Positions 1-10,318 of a stretch of DNA of 64,000 nt are shown here, piece by piece. Origin of the DNA: Myxococcales bacterium (GTDB taxonomy: Bacteria > Myxococcota_A > UBA9042 > JABWCM01 > BTVJ01); contig BTVJ01000004.1 of the NCBI GenBank assembly GCA_045863395.1, positions 32,001-96,000 on the forward strand. Direction: 5' to 3'. Position 1 is the stretch's first letter; each line of letters begins with the position of its first letter. The notes beneath the pieces were generated by a model. The model did not search any database. It was not told where the DNA came from and saw only the letters and a list, made by a program, of their open reading frames with translations. Made by a program: the position numbers and the translations under genes.

Positions 1-808
1 CGGCCATGAAGGTGGGCTGCACGACGGCCAGGTTGTCCACGATCTTGTCGAGGCGCCCGTCCACCGCCGTGGGAATGCCGATGGCGATGACGATGGTCTC
101 GAGCATCTTCCCGAAGGAGTGGGACAGGGGCAGCCACAGGAACTGCTTGTCATCCGAGGTGAGGATCTTCACCTCGTCCAGGGCCTCGCCCGTGTAGAGC
201 CAGCAGTCGTGGGTCAGCTCGACGCCCTTCGGCTTGCCGGTGGTGCCCGACGTGTAGATCAGGGTCGCCAGGCGGTCCGGCGTGATGCGGTCGATGATCG
301 CGTCGTACTGCCCGGGGTTGGCAGCGTCCCAGGCCGTGCCGCGCTTCTCCAGCTCGGCCCAGGAGATGGCCCACCCGTCGTCGGTGCCCGCGCCGTCCAT
401 GACGATGACGTTGCGCACCGTCGGGATCGCGCTGCGCACGCCCTGGAGCTTCTTGAGCTGGCCCGCGTCCTCGGCAAAGCAGAGCACGGAGCCGGAGTCC
501 GCGAGGATGTACGCGCTGTCGTCCGGGGTGCTCGACGGGTAGATGGTCGTGGTCGCGCCGCCGGCGCAGTTGATGGCGATGTCCGCATACAGCCAGTCGA
601 CGCGGGTGCCGCACACGATGCCCACCCGGTCGTCGTCCTCGATGCCCAGGGCCCGCAGCCCGCAGGCGACCGTCCGGACCTTGTCGCCGAGCTGCTTCCA
701 GGTCAGCGCCTCCCACCCGTCCCCCTTGGGGTACGAGAAGGACTCCAGGTTGGCGCTGGCGCCCACGCGGTGCCGGAACATGTGTGCGACGCTCTGATGC
801 TTTGCCAT
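1..808 (-). CDS. fadD: Long-chain fatty acid--CoA ligase (AMP-dependent synthetase); 3' part runs off the window
   Basis: Not in the ORF track; translated by hand from ATG at 808 (RBS GAGGGAG): MAKHQSVAHMFRHRVG...LATLIYTSGTTGKPKGVELTHDCW, which contains the AMP-binding signature. Confidence 0.88.
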   Translation of the reverse strand, partial: MAKHQSVAHMFRHRVGASANLESFSYPKGDGWEALTWKQLGDKVRTVACGLRALGIEDDDRVGIVCGTRVDWLYADIAINCAGGATTTIYPSSTPDDSAYILADSGSVLCFAEDAGQLKKLQGVRSAIPTVRNVIVMDGAGTDDGWAISWAELEKRGTAWDAANPGQYDAIIDRITPDRLATLIYTSGTTGKPKGVELTHDCWLYTGEALDEVKILTSDDKQFLWLPLSHSFGKMLETIVIAIGIPTAVDGRLDKIVDNLAVVQPTFMA

Positions 809-999
809 GGCGCTCCCTCGTTTCGGCGCGTCGTCGCGCGCGTCGGATGTGGTCAGGGTCAAGCTCGACGCGACGATTGCTACCCCACAAGTGGAAATCG
901 GGCAAGCGCAATCGACCGGGCGGCCCCTCCGCGGCGTCAATCCGCGCGTCCCCCCAAAGGAGCGGGCTCCCTCCCGTGGGTTGTGGTAAACCGGAGGGC

Positions 1000-2022
1000 A
1001 TGGACACCACCGACCTGTTCCTGGCGCTGACGCCCGAGAGGATCCTCGACGCCGTCGAGGCCGCCGGGCTGCGCTGCAGCCCCGTGGCCTTCCCGCTCAA
1101 CTCCTACGAGAACCGGGTCTACGACGTCCAGCTCGAGGACCGGACGCACATCGTCGCCAAGTTCTACCGGCCCAAGCGGTGGAGCGAGGCGCAGATCCGC
1201 GAGGAGCACCGGTTCCTCGCCGAGCTCCACGAGGCCGAGGTGCCGGTGTGCGCCGCGCGCTCCTTCCCGGGTGGAGACACGCTGCGGTGCATCGACGGCA
1301 TCTGGTACGCCATCTACGACCGCCAAGGGGGGCGGGCGCCGGAGGAGGTGGACGAGGAGCTCGCGGAGCGCCTCGGGATGCTCGTCGCGCGCATCCACGC
1401 CGTGGGTGCGGCCGGAGAGGCGCCTTCGCGGGCGACGATGGGCGCCGACGTGTGGATCCGCGACTCGCTGCGCCTCTTGAGAGGTCTCGTTCCCCCCGCG
1501 ATGTGGGGACGATACGAGGCAGCCGCCTCGGCGCTCGCGGCCATGGCCGACGACCGGCTGCGGGGCGTCGCCATGCACCGGGTCCACGGCGACTTCCACC
1601 TGGGCAACCTGCTGCTGCGGGGCGGTGTGCTGCACGTGCTCGACTTCGACGACCTGGTGACGGGGCCCGCCGCCCAGGACCTGTGGATGGCGCTGTCCGG
1701 CGCGGGCACCTACGTGGTCGAGGCGTTCATCGAGGGCTACGAGCGGTTCCGGGCCTTCGACCGGCGGCAGCTCGCGCTCTTCACGCCGCTGCGGGCCATG
1801 CGCCGCGTGTCCTATGCCGCGTGGCTGGCCCGGCGGTGGCACGACCCCATCTTCCCCGCGACCTGGCCCCACTTCGGCACCCAGGCCTACTGGGAGGCGG
1901 AGACCGCCGACCTGGAGGACCTGCTCCGGGAGGAGGACGCACCGAGCGCGGCCGCGGTTGCGGTCCCAGAGGAGCTCACCAACGCGGACCTCTTCTGGGA
2001 CTGGGAGGAACCGAAGGGCTGA
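1000..2022 (+). CDS. srkA: Stress response kinase A (SrkA/RdoA/YihE family, APH-like Ser/Thr kinase)
   Basis: LNSYENRVY, VAKFYRPKRWS..QIREEH, HGDFHLGN, LDFDD and RRWHDPIFP motifs; GGAGG before ATG 1000. Confidence 0.9.
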   Translation: MDTTDLFLALTPERILDAVEAAGLRCSPVAFPLNSYENRVYDVQLEDRTHIVAKFYRPKRWSEAQIREEHRFLAELHEAEVPVCAARSFPGGDTLRCIDGIWYAIYDRQGGRAPEEVDEELAERLGMLVARIHAVGAAGEAPSRATMGADVWIRDSLRLLRGLVPPAMWGRYEAAASALAAMADDRLRGVAMHRVHGDFHLGNLLLRGGVLHVLDFDDLVTGPAAQDLWMALSGAGTYVVEAFIEGYERFRAFDRRQLALFTPLRAMRRVSYAAWLARRWHDPIFPATWPHFGTQAYWEAETADLEDLLREEDAPSAAAVAVPEELTNADLFWDWEEPKG

Positions 2023-2172
2023 CCCCTGCGGGCGCCCCGTGGGAGGAGACCGACATTTTCCCGTTGCCGCACGTGGGGGTTGCGGTCCTGATCCGCCGGC
2101 TCGGGTGCGCCCGGGTTGCCCTGGGGCCGGAGCCGGGATAGACGCAGCTCAGGTCCCTCCGCAGGAGCGCCC

Positions 2173-3510
2173 ATGGACGACCTCGTGCTGCACCGGCTCC
2201 AGTTCGCGTTCACCATCACCTACCACTACCTGTTCCCGCAGCTCACCATGGGGCTCGGGCTGCTGATCGTCATCCTGAAGACCCTGGCGCTGCGGCGCGG
2301 TGACGAGCGCCTGAACGAATCCGCCCGCTTCTGGGCGCGCATCTTCGCCGTCAACTTCGCCATGGGCGTCGTGACCGGCATCCCCATGGAGTTCCAGTTC
2401 GGCACCAACTGGTCGCGCTTCTCCGAGGCGGCGGGCGGCGTCATCGGTCAGACCCTCGCCATGGAGGGCGTGTTCGCGTTCTTCTTGGAGTCGGCGTTCC
2501 TGGGGCTCTTCCTCTTCGGAGAGAGGCGCCTGGGGCCCCGGCTCCACTGGGTGGCCGCCTTTGCCGTGTTCCTCGGGAGCTGGGTCTCGGGCTTCTTCAT
2601 CATCGCGACCAACGCCTGGATGCAGAACCCCGTCGGCCACACCGTGGAGGACGGCGTCATCCAACTGGAGAGCGTCTCCGCGCTGTTCACCAACCCGTGG
2701 CTGCCCATCATGTACGCCCACACGATGATCGGGTCCGTGGTCACGGCCTCCTTCGTCATGGCGGGCACGGGGGCGTACTATCTGCTCTCTGGCGCCCACG
2801 AGCCGTATGGTCGCATCTTCGTGCGCACGGGCGTCATCGCTGGCCTGATCGCGTCGTTCCTCATGGCCATGCCCACGGGGGACCTGCACGCAAAGAAGGT
2901 GGCCGAGGACCACCCCGTGTCCTTCGCCGCCATGGAGGGCCTGTTCGAGACGGAACAGGGCGCAGGGTTGGTGCTCATCGGCCAGCCGGACATGGAGAAG
3001 CGGCGCCTGGACAACCCCATCGAGCTGCCGAACGTCCTGTCCTTCCTGACCTTTCGGAGTTGGGACGCGGAGGTGAAGGGCCTCGCTGAGTTCCCCGAGG
3101 AGGACTGGCCCGACAACATCCCGCTGCTCTACTACAGCTACCACATCATGGTGGGGCTCGGGACGCTGTTCATCGCGCTGATGGCGATGGCCGCCCTCCT
3201 GCTCTGGCGCAAGCGGCTGTTCACCACGAGGGCCGCCCTGTGGGCGCTGATGCTGGCGACGCCGTTCCCGTACGTGGCCAACACCTTCGGGTGGATGACG
3301 ACGGAGCTCGGGCGCCAGCCGTGGCTCATCTGGGGTCTCATGCGCACGTCCGAGGGGACGAGCCCGTCCGTCGCGTCTGGGAGCGTCATGTTCACGCTCC
3401 TCGGGTTCATGGGCATGTACGCGCTCTTGTCGATCCTCTTCTTGTTCCTGGTGGGGCGCGAGATCAGCCACGGCCCTGGCGGATCCCACGGTCACGGACA
3501 GGAGGGCTGA
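2173..3510 (+). CDS. cydA: Cytochrome bd ubiquinol oxidase subunit I (short Q-loop type)
   Basis: HRLQFAFTITYHYLFP, MEFQFGTNW, AAMEG and GWMTTELGRQPW motifs; AGGAG RBS. Confidence 0.95.
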   Translation: MDDLVLHRLQFAFTITYHYLFPQLTMGLGLLIVILKTLALRRGDERLNESARFWARIFAVNFAMGVVTGIPMEFQFGTNWSRFSEAAGGVIGQTLAMEGVFAFFLESAFLGLFLFGERRLGPRLHWVAAFAVFLGSWVSGFFIIATNAWMQNPVGHTVEDGVIQLESVSALFTNPWLPIMYAHTMIGSVVTASFVMAGTGAYYLLSGAHEPYGRIFVRTGVIAGLIASFLMAMPTGDLHAKKVAEDHPVSFAAMEGLFETEQGAGLVLIGQPDMEKRRLDNPIELPNVLSFLTFRSWDAEVKGLAEFPEEDWPDNIPLLYYSYHIMVGLGTLFIALMAMAALLLWRKRLFTTRAALWALMLATPFPYVANTFGWMTTELGRQPWLIWGLMRTSEGTSPSVASGSVMFTLLGFMGMYALLSILFLFLVGREISHGPGGSHGHGQEG

Positions 3511-3513
3511 CCC

Positions 3514-4545
3514 ATGGAGACCGCTTGGTTCTGCCTGCTGGCGTTCATGTTGGTCACCTACGTGGTGCTCGACGGCTTCGACCTCGGGGCCGGGGCCGTG
3601 CACCTGCTGGCGCGGGGCGAGGAGGAGCGCCGCACCGTGCTGCGCACCATCGGGCCCGTCTGGGACGGCAACGAGGTGTGGTTGGTCGCCGCCGGTGGCA
3701 CGCTGTTCTTCGCGTTCCCCAAGCTCTACGCCGTCAGCTTCAGCGGCTTCTACCTGCCGCTCATCCTGGTGCTGTGGCTCATCATGCTGCGGGGGCTGGC
3801 CATCGAGCTGCGGGGGCACGTGGACAGCGCGCTCTGGCGGCGTGCCTGGGACACGACCTTCGCCTTCGCGAGCCTCGCGCTGGCGCTGGTGCTGGGGGTC
3901 GCGCTGGGCAACGTCGTGCGGGGAGTGCCCATCGGGGAGGACGGCACCTTCTTCGCAGCGCTGTGGACGGACTTCTCCGTGGGACCGGAGCCGGGGGTGC
4001 TGGACTGGTACACCCTGCTCGTCGGGGCGCTCGCGCTGGTCACGCTCTCGGTACATGGAGGCCTGTGGGTAGCGCACAAGACGGAGGGGCCGCTCCAAGG
4101 GCGCGCGCGCCGGTTGGCGAGGTTGGGGGCGTGGACGGTAGGGGCGCTGGTCGTCGGAGTGTCCGGCGCCACATTCGCCATCCAGCCGCTGGTTCCCCGG
4201 GCCTTTGCGGAGCGGCCTTGGGGGGTCGTGCTCCCCCTGGGGGCCGCCGTGGCGCTGGGGACGGTGATCCGGAACGTTCGGCGGGGCCAGGATGGACGCG
4301 CGTTCCTGGCCAGCGCGGCCTTCATCGCGCTGCTGCTCGCCAGCGCCGCCTTCGGGCTGTTTCCCGCGGTCCTTCCGGCCCTGGACCCGAGCCGCACCCT
4401 GACCGTGACCAACGCCGCGACCAGCCGGTACGGACTCGGCGTTGGCCTCGCGTGGTGGATCCCGGGCATGGCCCTGGCAGTCGGGTACTTCGCGTTCCTC
4501 TACAGGCGCTTTGCGGGGAAGGTCACGGGGGAGGAGGGGTACTGA
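3514..4545 (+). CDS. cydB: Cytochrome bd ubiquinol oxidase subunit II
   Basis: YVVLDGFDLGAG, IGPVWDGNEVWL and FFAFP..YA motifs; directly follows cydA. Confidence 0.95.
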   Translation: METAWFCLLAFMLVTYVVLDGFDLGAGAVHLLARGEEERRTVLRTIGPVWDGNEVWLVAAGGTLFFAFPKLYAVSFSGFYLPLILVLWLIMLRGLAIELRGHVDSALWRRAWDTTFAFASLALALVLGVALGNVVRGVPIGEDGTFFAALWTDFSVGPEPGVLDWYTLLVGALALVTLSVHGGLWVAHKTEGPLQGRARRLARLGAWTVGALVVGVSGATFAIQPLVPRAFAERPWGVVLPLGAAVALGTVIRNVRRGQDGRAFLASAAFIALLLASAAFGLFPAVLPALDPSRTLTVTNAATSRYGLGVGLAWWIPGMALAVGYFAFLYRRFAGKVTGEEGY

Positions 4546-4548
4546 GGA

Positions 4549-4577
4549 GGCGCCGGCCCCGGGAGGGGACCGGCGCC
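4549..4577. terminator. GC-rich stem-loop between convergent genes, possibly a bidirectional terminator
   Basis: GGCGCCGG-CCCC / GGGG-A-CCGGCGCC inverted repeat just after the cydB stop; no U-tract. Confidence 0.4.
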
Positions 4578-4611
4578 GTGGAAGCCGGGGGGCGCTGGCC
4601 CACGAGTGAGC

Positions 4612-5646
<1,035 letters not shown>

Positions 5647-5937
5647 CGTTGAACCTGCCTGTGTGTTGGCCGGACACGGCGTGTCCGTGTGTTGTTGGGG
5701 AAACGTGGGTCGCCGAAACGGTAGGTAGACCGGACTTGTTCATTCAACGGAACAACCGTTCCGCGCTTTTGGAACCATGGAGACCTGCGCTCCCTTGGGG
5801 GAGTGGGTGCCTCGCCTGCCGCAAAGGCCGCTCCTCGAACCCGTGTCGTTGCATCCACGGCCTCAACCTCTAAGATGACGGGTCCTCAGGGGCTCGACTG
5901 GCCCTCAGAGACGTCACCGCCGCCGAAGGAGCCCCGC

Positions 5938-7359
5938 ATGCGCATCCCCGAGACTGGAGTCGACAAGGACACCCTGCTCACCAGCCTCGGGGAGCTCCGC
6001 GGCGCCGACCTGGACTGGCGCAGCGGCCGGACCTTCGGCTACATCTACGACGCCGGCCGGGAGGTGGAGGCCGTCGGCAAAGCGGCTTACGCGGCCTTCC
6101 TCACCGAGAACGCCCTCGACCCCACGGCCTTCCCGAGCCTTCTGCGCCTGGAGCGCGAGGTCGTCCGCATGGCGGCCACCCACCTGCGCGGCGGCGACGA
6201 GGTGGTCGGGAACTTCACGAGCGGTGGCACGGAGAGCATCATGCTCGCCGTCAAGACCGCTCGGGAGTGGGCGCGAGCGGCGCGTCCCGGCGTCACCGCG
6301 CCCGAGATCGTCGTCCCGGAGACCGCGCACGCCGCCTTTCACAAGGCCGCGCACTACCTGGGCGTCCGCGTGGTGCCCACGCCGGTGGACCCGGTGACCT
6401 TCCGGGCCGACCCGGACGCCGTGCGCGCCGCCATCACCCAGAGCACCATCCAGCTCGTCGGCTCCGCCGCCAGCTACGCCCACGGCGTCGTCGACCCCAT
6501 CGAGGAGCTGGGGGCAGTCGCCCTGGAGCACGGCCTGCTCTTCCACGTGGACGGCTGCATCGGCGGGTTCCTGCTCCCTTACTTGAGGCGTCTCGGTGCG
6601 CCAGTGCCCCGCTTCGAGCTGGACGTCCCCGGCGTCACCAGCATCTCCATGGACCTGCACAAGTACGCCTACGCACCGAAGGGCGCCTCCATCGTCCTGC
6701 ACCGCGACAAGGCGCTGCGACGACACCAGATCTACTCCTGTGCCCGCTGGAGCGGCTACGGCGTGGTGAATCCGACGGTCCAGAGCACCAAATCCGGCGG
6801 CCCCCTCGCCGCCGCCTGGGCCGTGCTCCACCACGTGGGAGACGACGGCTACCTGGCGCTGGCGCGGCGCCTGCGCGACGCCACGGCGCAGATCCTCGAA
6901 GGGGTGCGCTCCATCCCTGGTCTCCGGGTCCTCGGCGAGCCGCTGATGAGCCTCGTGGCGTTCACGTCGGACACGGCGTCCGTGTTCCACGTCGCCGACG
7001 AGATGAAGGAGCGGGGCTTCTACATCCAGGCGCAGCACCGCTTCGGGTGCAGCCCGGCGAACCTGCACCTGACCATCGGCCCCGAGAACGACCGCCACGT
7101 CCCCGCCATGCTCGACGCGCTGCGGGAGTCGGTCGCGGCCGCGGCGAAGCTGCCCAGCGGCCACATCGGGAAGATGGTGGCCGGCGCCTTGCCCTCCCTG
7201 GACCTGAACGGCGACGGCCTCCAGAAGCTCATGGGGATGCTCGGGGTGGGCGCCGAGCTGCCGAAGCGCATGGCGCCGATCAACGAGGTGCTCGACGCGC
7301 TGCCCCCCGAAGCGCGCGAGGCCATGCTCGCGGCCTTCGTCAACGAGATGTTCGTGTAG
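5938..7359 (+). CDS. PLP-dependent group II decarboxylase family protein, sphingosine-1-phosphate lyase-like
   Basis: FTSGGTESI, AHAAFHKAA, HVDGCIGGF and SISMDLHKYAYAPKGAS (PLP lysine); AAGGAG RBS before ATG 5938. Confidence 0.82.
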   Translation: MRIPETGVDKDTLLTSLGELRGADLDWRSGRTFGYIYDAGREVEAVGKAAYAAFLTENALDPTAFPSLLRLEREVVRMAATHLRGGDEVVGNFTSGGTESIMLAVKTAREWARAARPGVTAPEIVVPETAHAAFHKAAHYLGVRVVPTPVDPVTFRADPDAVRAAITQSTIQLVGSAASYAHGVVDPIEELGAVALEHGLLFHVDGCIGGFLLPYLRRLGAPVPRFELDVPGVTSISMDLHKYAYAPKGASIVLHRDKALRRHQIYSCARWSGYGVVNPTVQSTKSGGPLAAAWAVLHHVGDDGYLALARRLRDATAQILEGVRSIPGLRVLGEPLMSLVAFTSDTASVFHVADEMKERGFYIQAQHRFGCSPANLHLTIGPENDRHVPAMLDALRESVAAAAKLPSGHIGKMVAGALPSLDLNGDGLQKLMGMLGVGAELPKRMAPINEVLDALPPEAREAMLAAFVNEMFV

Positions 7360-7377
7360 CGCGGAGGCGCACGGAAT

Positions 7378-7406
7378 TTGCCCCCGAGACCGCGGGCGCC
7401 TATGCT
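7378..7406 (+). promoter_or_regulatory. Candidate sigma70-type promoter for the PG-binding protein and possibly the lipoprotein array
   Basis: TTGCCC (7378-7383), 17-nt spacer, TATGCT (7401-7406). Confidence 0.45.
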
Positions 7407-7439
7407 TGGTGCGGTCGCACCTCCTGCGGAGGCACCCGG

Positions 7440-7817
7440 ATGGTGAGCAAGGAGCGGCGGGGGAAACAGGCGAAGGGCGCCCCGCCGGGCGCCGATACCC
7501 CCGCGACGTCCTCTCCCCTCCGCGGCCTCTCCTACGCTGGCGCCCGCGAGCGCCTCGCTCCCGCAACCGCAGCCTCCGACCCCGAGGCGGAGGCTTCCTG
7601 GGCGGAGGTGCTCGCAGGCAGCCTGGTGCTGGAGCAGGGCCAGAGCGGCCCGGCCGTCCGCCTCCTGCAGCAGAAGCTCGCCACCACCGGCCACGACATC
7701 CGCCCCTCCGGCGTCTTCGGCCCCACCACCGCCGCGCTGATCGCCGCCTTCCAGGGCGCGCACGGCCTGGAGCCGAGCGGGCGCGTGGACGCCGCGACCG
7801 CCATCGCCCTCGGCTGA
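7440..7817 (+). CDS. Small peptidoglycan-binding domain (PG_binding_1) protein
   Basis: LEQGQSGPAVRLLQQKL...SGVFGPTTAALIAAFQGAHGLEPSGRVDAATAIAL; GGAGG RBS. Confidence 0.8.
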   Translation: MVSKERRGKQAKGAPPGADTPATSSPLRGLSYAGARERLAPATAASDPEAEASWAEVLAGSLVLEQGQSGPAVRLLQQKLATTGHDIRPSGVFGPTTAALIAAFQGAHGLEPSGRVDAATAIALG

Positions 7818-7901
7818 CCCCCAGGCTTCTTGCGTATCGCGCTCGCCCTCTGAGCGTACCTGCGGGTGTGTCCAACCTTTGGTGCCCCGGAGGAGCTCCC
7901 C

Positions 7902-10316
7902 ATGAAGCAGTGGTTCGTGGTGTTCGCGGCTTTCGCCCTGCTCGCAGGCTGTGCTGACGACCCCTCGTGCGGAAACGGATCGGCGGAGGGCGATGAGCAG
8001 TGCGACGACGGCAACGCCGAGGACGGCGATGGCTGCACCAGCGCCTGCACGCTGCCGCGGGTCGGCGACGGCGTCGTCCAGGCAGGCGAGGAGTGCGACG
8101 ACGGCAACGCCATCGACTACGACGGGTGCACCAACGCCGGGCGCCTGCCGCGCTGCGGCGACGGGATCCTTCAAGGGGACGAGGGCTGCGACGACGGCAA
8201 CCTGGACCCCTCCGACGGCTGCACGAACGCGTGCGCGCCGGCCACCTGCGGCGACGGGGTGGTCCGGCTCGGCGTCGAGGAGTGCGATGACGGCAACGCC
8301 GAGGACACCGACGGTTGCACCAGCGCCTGTCGGTTCGCGCAGTGCGGGGACGGCTTCGTGCAGCCCGGGGAGGAGTGCGATGACGGCAACGCGAGCAACA
8401 CGGACGCCTGCCTCCTCACGTGCGTGGCCGCGCGCTGCGGCGACGCCTTCGTCCAGGCCGGTGAGGAGTGCGACGATGGCAACGGCAGCGATGACGACGC
8501 CTGCCTGCCCACCTGCAAGGCGGCGCGCTGCGGCGACGGCGCCGTCCGGGCTGGAGTCGAGGCCTGTGACCCCGGCGCCGACACCACCGGGAAGGTCTGC
8601 ACCACCGGCTGCGCCCTGCCCTCCTGCGGCGACGGCGTCGTCCAGGACGGCGAGGCCTGCGACGACGCAAACCTGAGCGACGCCGACGGCTGCCTGAGCA
8701 CCTGCGTGGCGGCCTCCTGCGGCGACGGCCACGCACAGCCCGGCGAGGAGTGCGACGACGGCAACGCCGACGACCACGACGCCTGCCTGTCGTGCAAGAA
8801 GGCGAGGTGCGGCGACGGGGTCGTCCGGCACGGCGTCGAGGCGTGCGACGATGGCAACGACGCGGACACCGACGGCTGCACCACCGCGTGCGCGCTGCCG
8901 ACCTGCGGCGACGGCATCACCCAGCCCGGCGAGGAGTGCGACGACGGCAACGTCAGCGACACCGACGTGTGCACGACGGCGTGCCTGCTGGCCCGCTGCG
9001 GTGACGGCTTCGTGCAGGTGGGGGTCGAGGAGTGCGACGACGGAGACGCCGACGACCACGACGCCTGCCTCTCCACCTGCAAGGCGGCCACCTGCGGGGA
9101 CGGCAAGACGCTGCTCGGCGTGGAGGAGTGCGACGACGGCAACGACGACGACACGGACGGCTGCACCACGTCATGCAGGAGCGCCCGGTGCGGCGACGGC
9201 CTCGTCCAGGCGGGCGAGGCCTGCGACGACGGCAACGGGAGCAACGACGACGCGTGCCTGGTGACCTGCGTGGCGGCCTCCTGCGGCGACGGCTTCACCC
9301 AGACGGGCGCCGAGGAGTGCGACGACGGGAACGACGACGACCACGACGCGTGCCTGGCGTGCACGAAGGCGACCTGCGGCGACGGCGTCGTGCGGGTCAG
9401 CGTCGAGGCGTGCGACGACGGCAACGACGACGACACGGACGCCTGCACGACGTCCTGCGCGCTGGCGACCTGCGGCGACGGCATCGTCCAGGGCGGCGAG
9501 GAGTGCGACGACGGCAACCTGGACGACGGGGACTCCTGCCTGAGCACGTGCGTCGGAGCCCGGTGCGGGGACGGCTTCGTGCTGGTTGGGGTCGAGGAGT
9601 GCGACGACGGAAACACCAACGACAACGACGCGTGTCCGTCCACCTGCGAGGCGGCGCGCTGCGGCGATGGCTTCGTGCGGCTCGGCGTCGAGGGCTGCGA
9701 CGACGGCAACGACGACGACACGGACGCCTGCCTCTCGACGTGCAAGGCGGCCTCGTGCGGGGACAGCCACGTGCAGGCGGGGATCGAGGCCTGCGACGAC
9801 GGCAACGGCAACAACGCGGACGGCTGCCTGAGCTCGTGCGCCCTGGCGAGCTGCGGCGACGGCTTCACCCAGGTGGGGGTGGAGACCTGCGACGACGGGA
9901 ACCTGGCCGGCGGGGACTGGTGCAGCGCGGACTGCCAGCGCGAGTGCCTGGTCGGCGACGACAACGCGTTGATCGGAGACACCTGCTGGTCGCGCTTCGA
10001 CACGCCGGCGGTCTGGGCCGACGCCCGCGCCTTCTGCGAGGTCCTGGGCGCCCACCTGGCGACGGTGGCCGGCGCCTCCGACAACCAGGCAGTCGCGGAC
10101 CTGGCCGGCGCCGCCTGGATCGGCCTGACGGACCAGCTCACCCCGGGGACCTGGCTCTGGGTGGAGGGGCCGGCCAAGCTCACCGTGCCCATCTATGAGA
10201 GCTGGGCGCCCGGTCAGCCGGGCTCGGGGCACTGCGCATCGACGTCCACGGACGGGCTCTGGACGTCCCACGCCTGCTCCGAGGGGCGCCCCTTCGTCTG
10301 CGAGCGGAGCTTCTAG
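7902..10316 (+). CDS. Lipoprotein with ~21 Myxococcus Cys-rich (DUF4215-type) repeats and a C-terminal C-type lectin domain
   Basis: Lipobox LLAGC; repeats CGDGx5-6EECDDGNx4D[AG]CxxxC; CTL motifs [27 protein letters not shown] and PFVCE. Confidence 0.9.
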   Translation: MKQWFVVFAAFALLAGCADDPSCGNGSAEGDEQCDDGNAEDGDGCTSACTLPRVGDGVVQAGEECDDGNAIDYDGCTNAGRLPRCGDGILQGDEGCDDGNLDPSDGCTNACAPATCGDGVVRLGVEECDDGNAEDTDGCTSACRFAQCGDGFVQPGEECDDGNASNTDACLLTCVAARCGDAFVQAGEECDDGNGSDDDACLPTCKAARCGDGAVRAGVEACDPGADTTGKVCTTGCALPSCGDGVVQDGEACDDANLSDADGCLSTCVAASCGDGHAQPGEECDDGNADDHDACLSCKKARCGDGVVRHGVEACDDGNDADTDGCTTACALPTCGDGITQPGEECDDGNVSDTDVCTTACLLARCGDGFVQVGVEECDDGDADDHDACLSTCKAATCGDGKTLLGVEECDDGNDDDTDGCTTSCRSARCGDGLVQAGEACDDGNGSNDDACLVTCVAASCGDGFTQTGAEECDDGNDDDHDACLACTKATCGDGVVRVSVEACDDGNDDDTDACTTSCALATCGDGIVQGGEECDDGNLDDGDSCLSTCVGARCGDGFVLVGVEECDDGNTNDNDACPSTCEAARCGDGFVRLGVEGCDDGNDDDTDACLSTCKAASCGDSHVQAGIEACDDGNGNNADGCLSSCALASCGDGFTQVGVETCDDGNLAGGDWCSADCQRECLVGDDNALIGDTCWSRFDTPAVWADARAFCEVLGAHLATVAGASDNQAVADLAGAAWIGLTDQLTPGTWLWVEGPAKLTVPIYESWAPGQPGSGHCASTSTDGLWTSHACSEGRPFVCERSF

Positions 10317-10318
10317 CG

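Noticed and set aside
5647..5937. Hairpin-rich intergenic region with CGGTAGGTAG and GCAAAG, suggesting a c-di-GMP-I riboswitch
   Set aside because: Motif order and the P1/P2 architecture could not be assembled on either strand; an Rfam/Infernal scan would be needed
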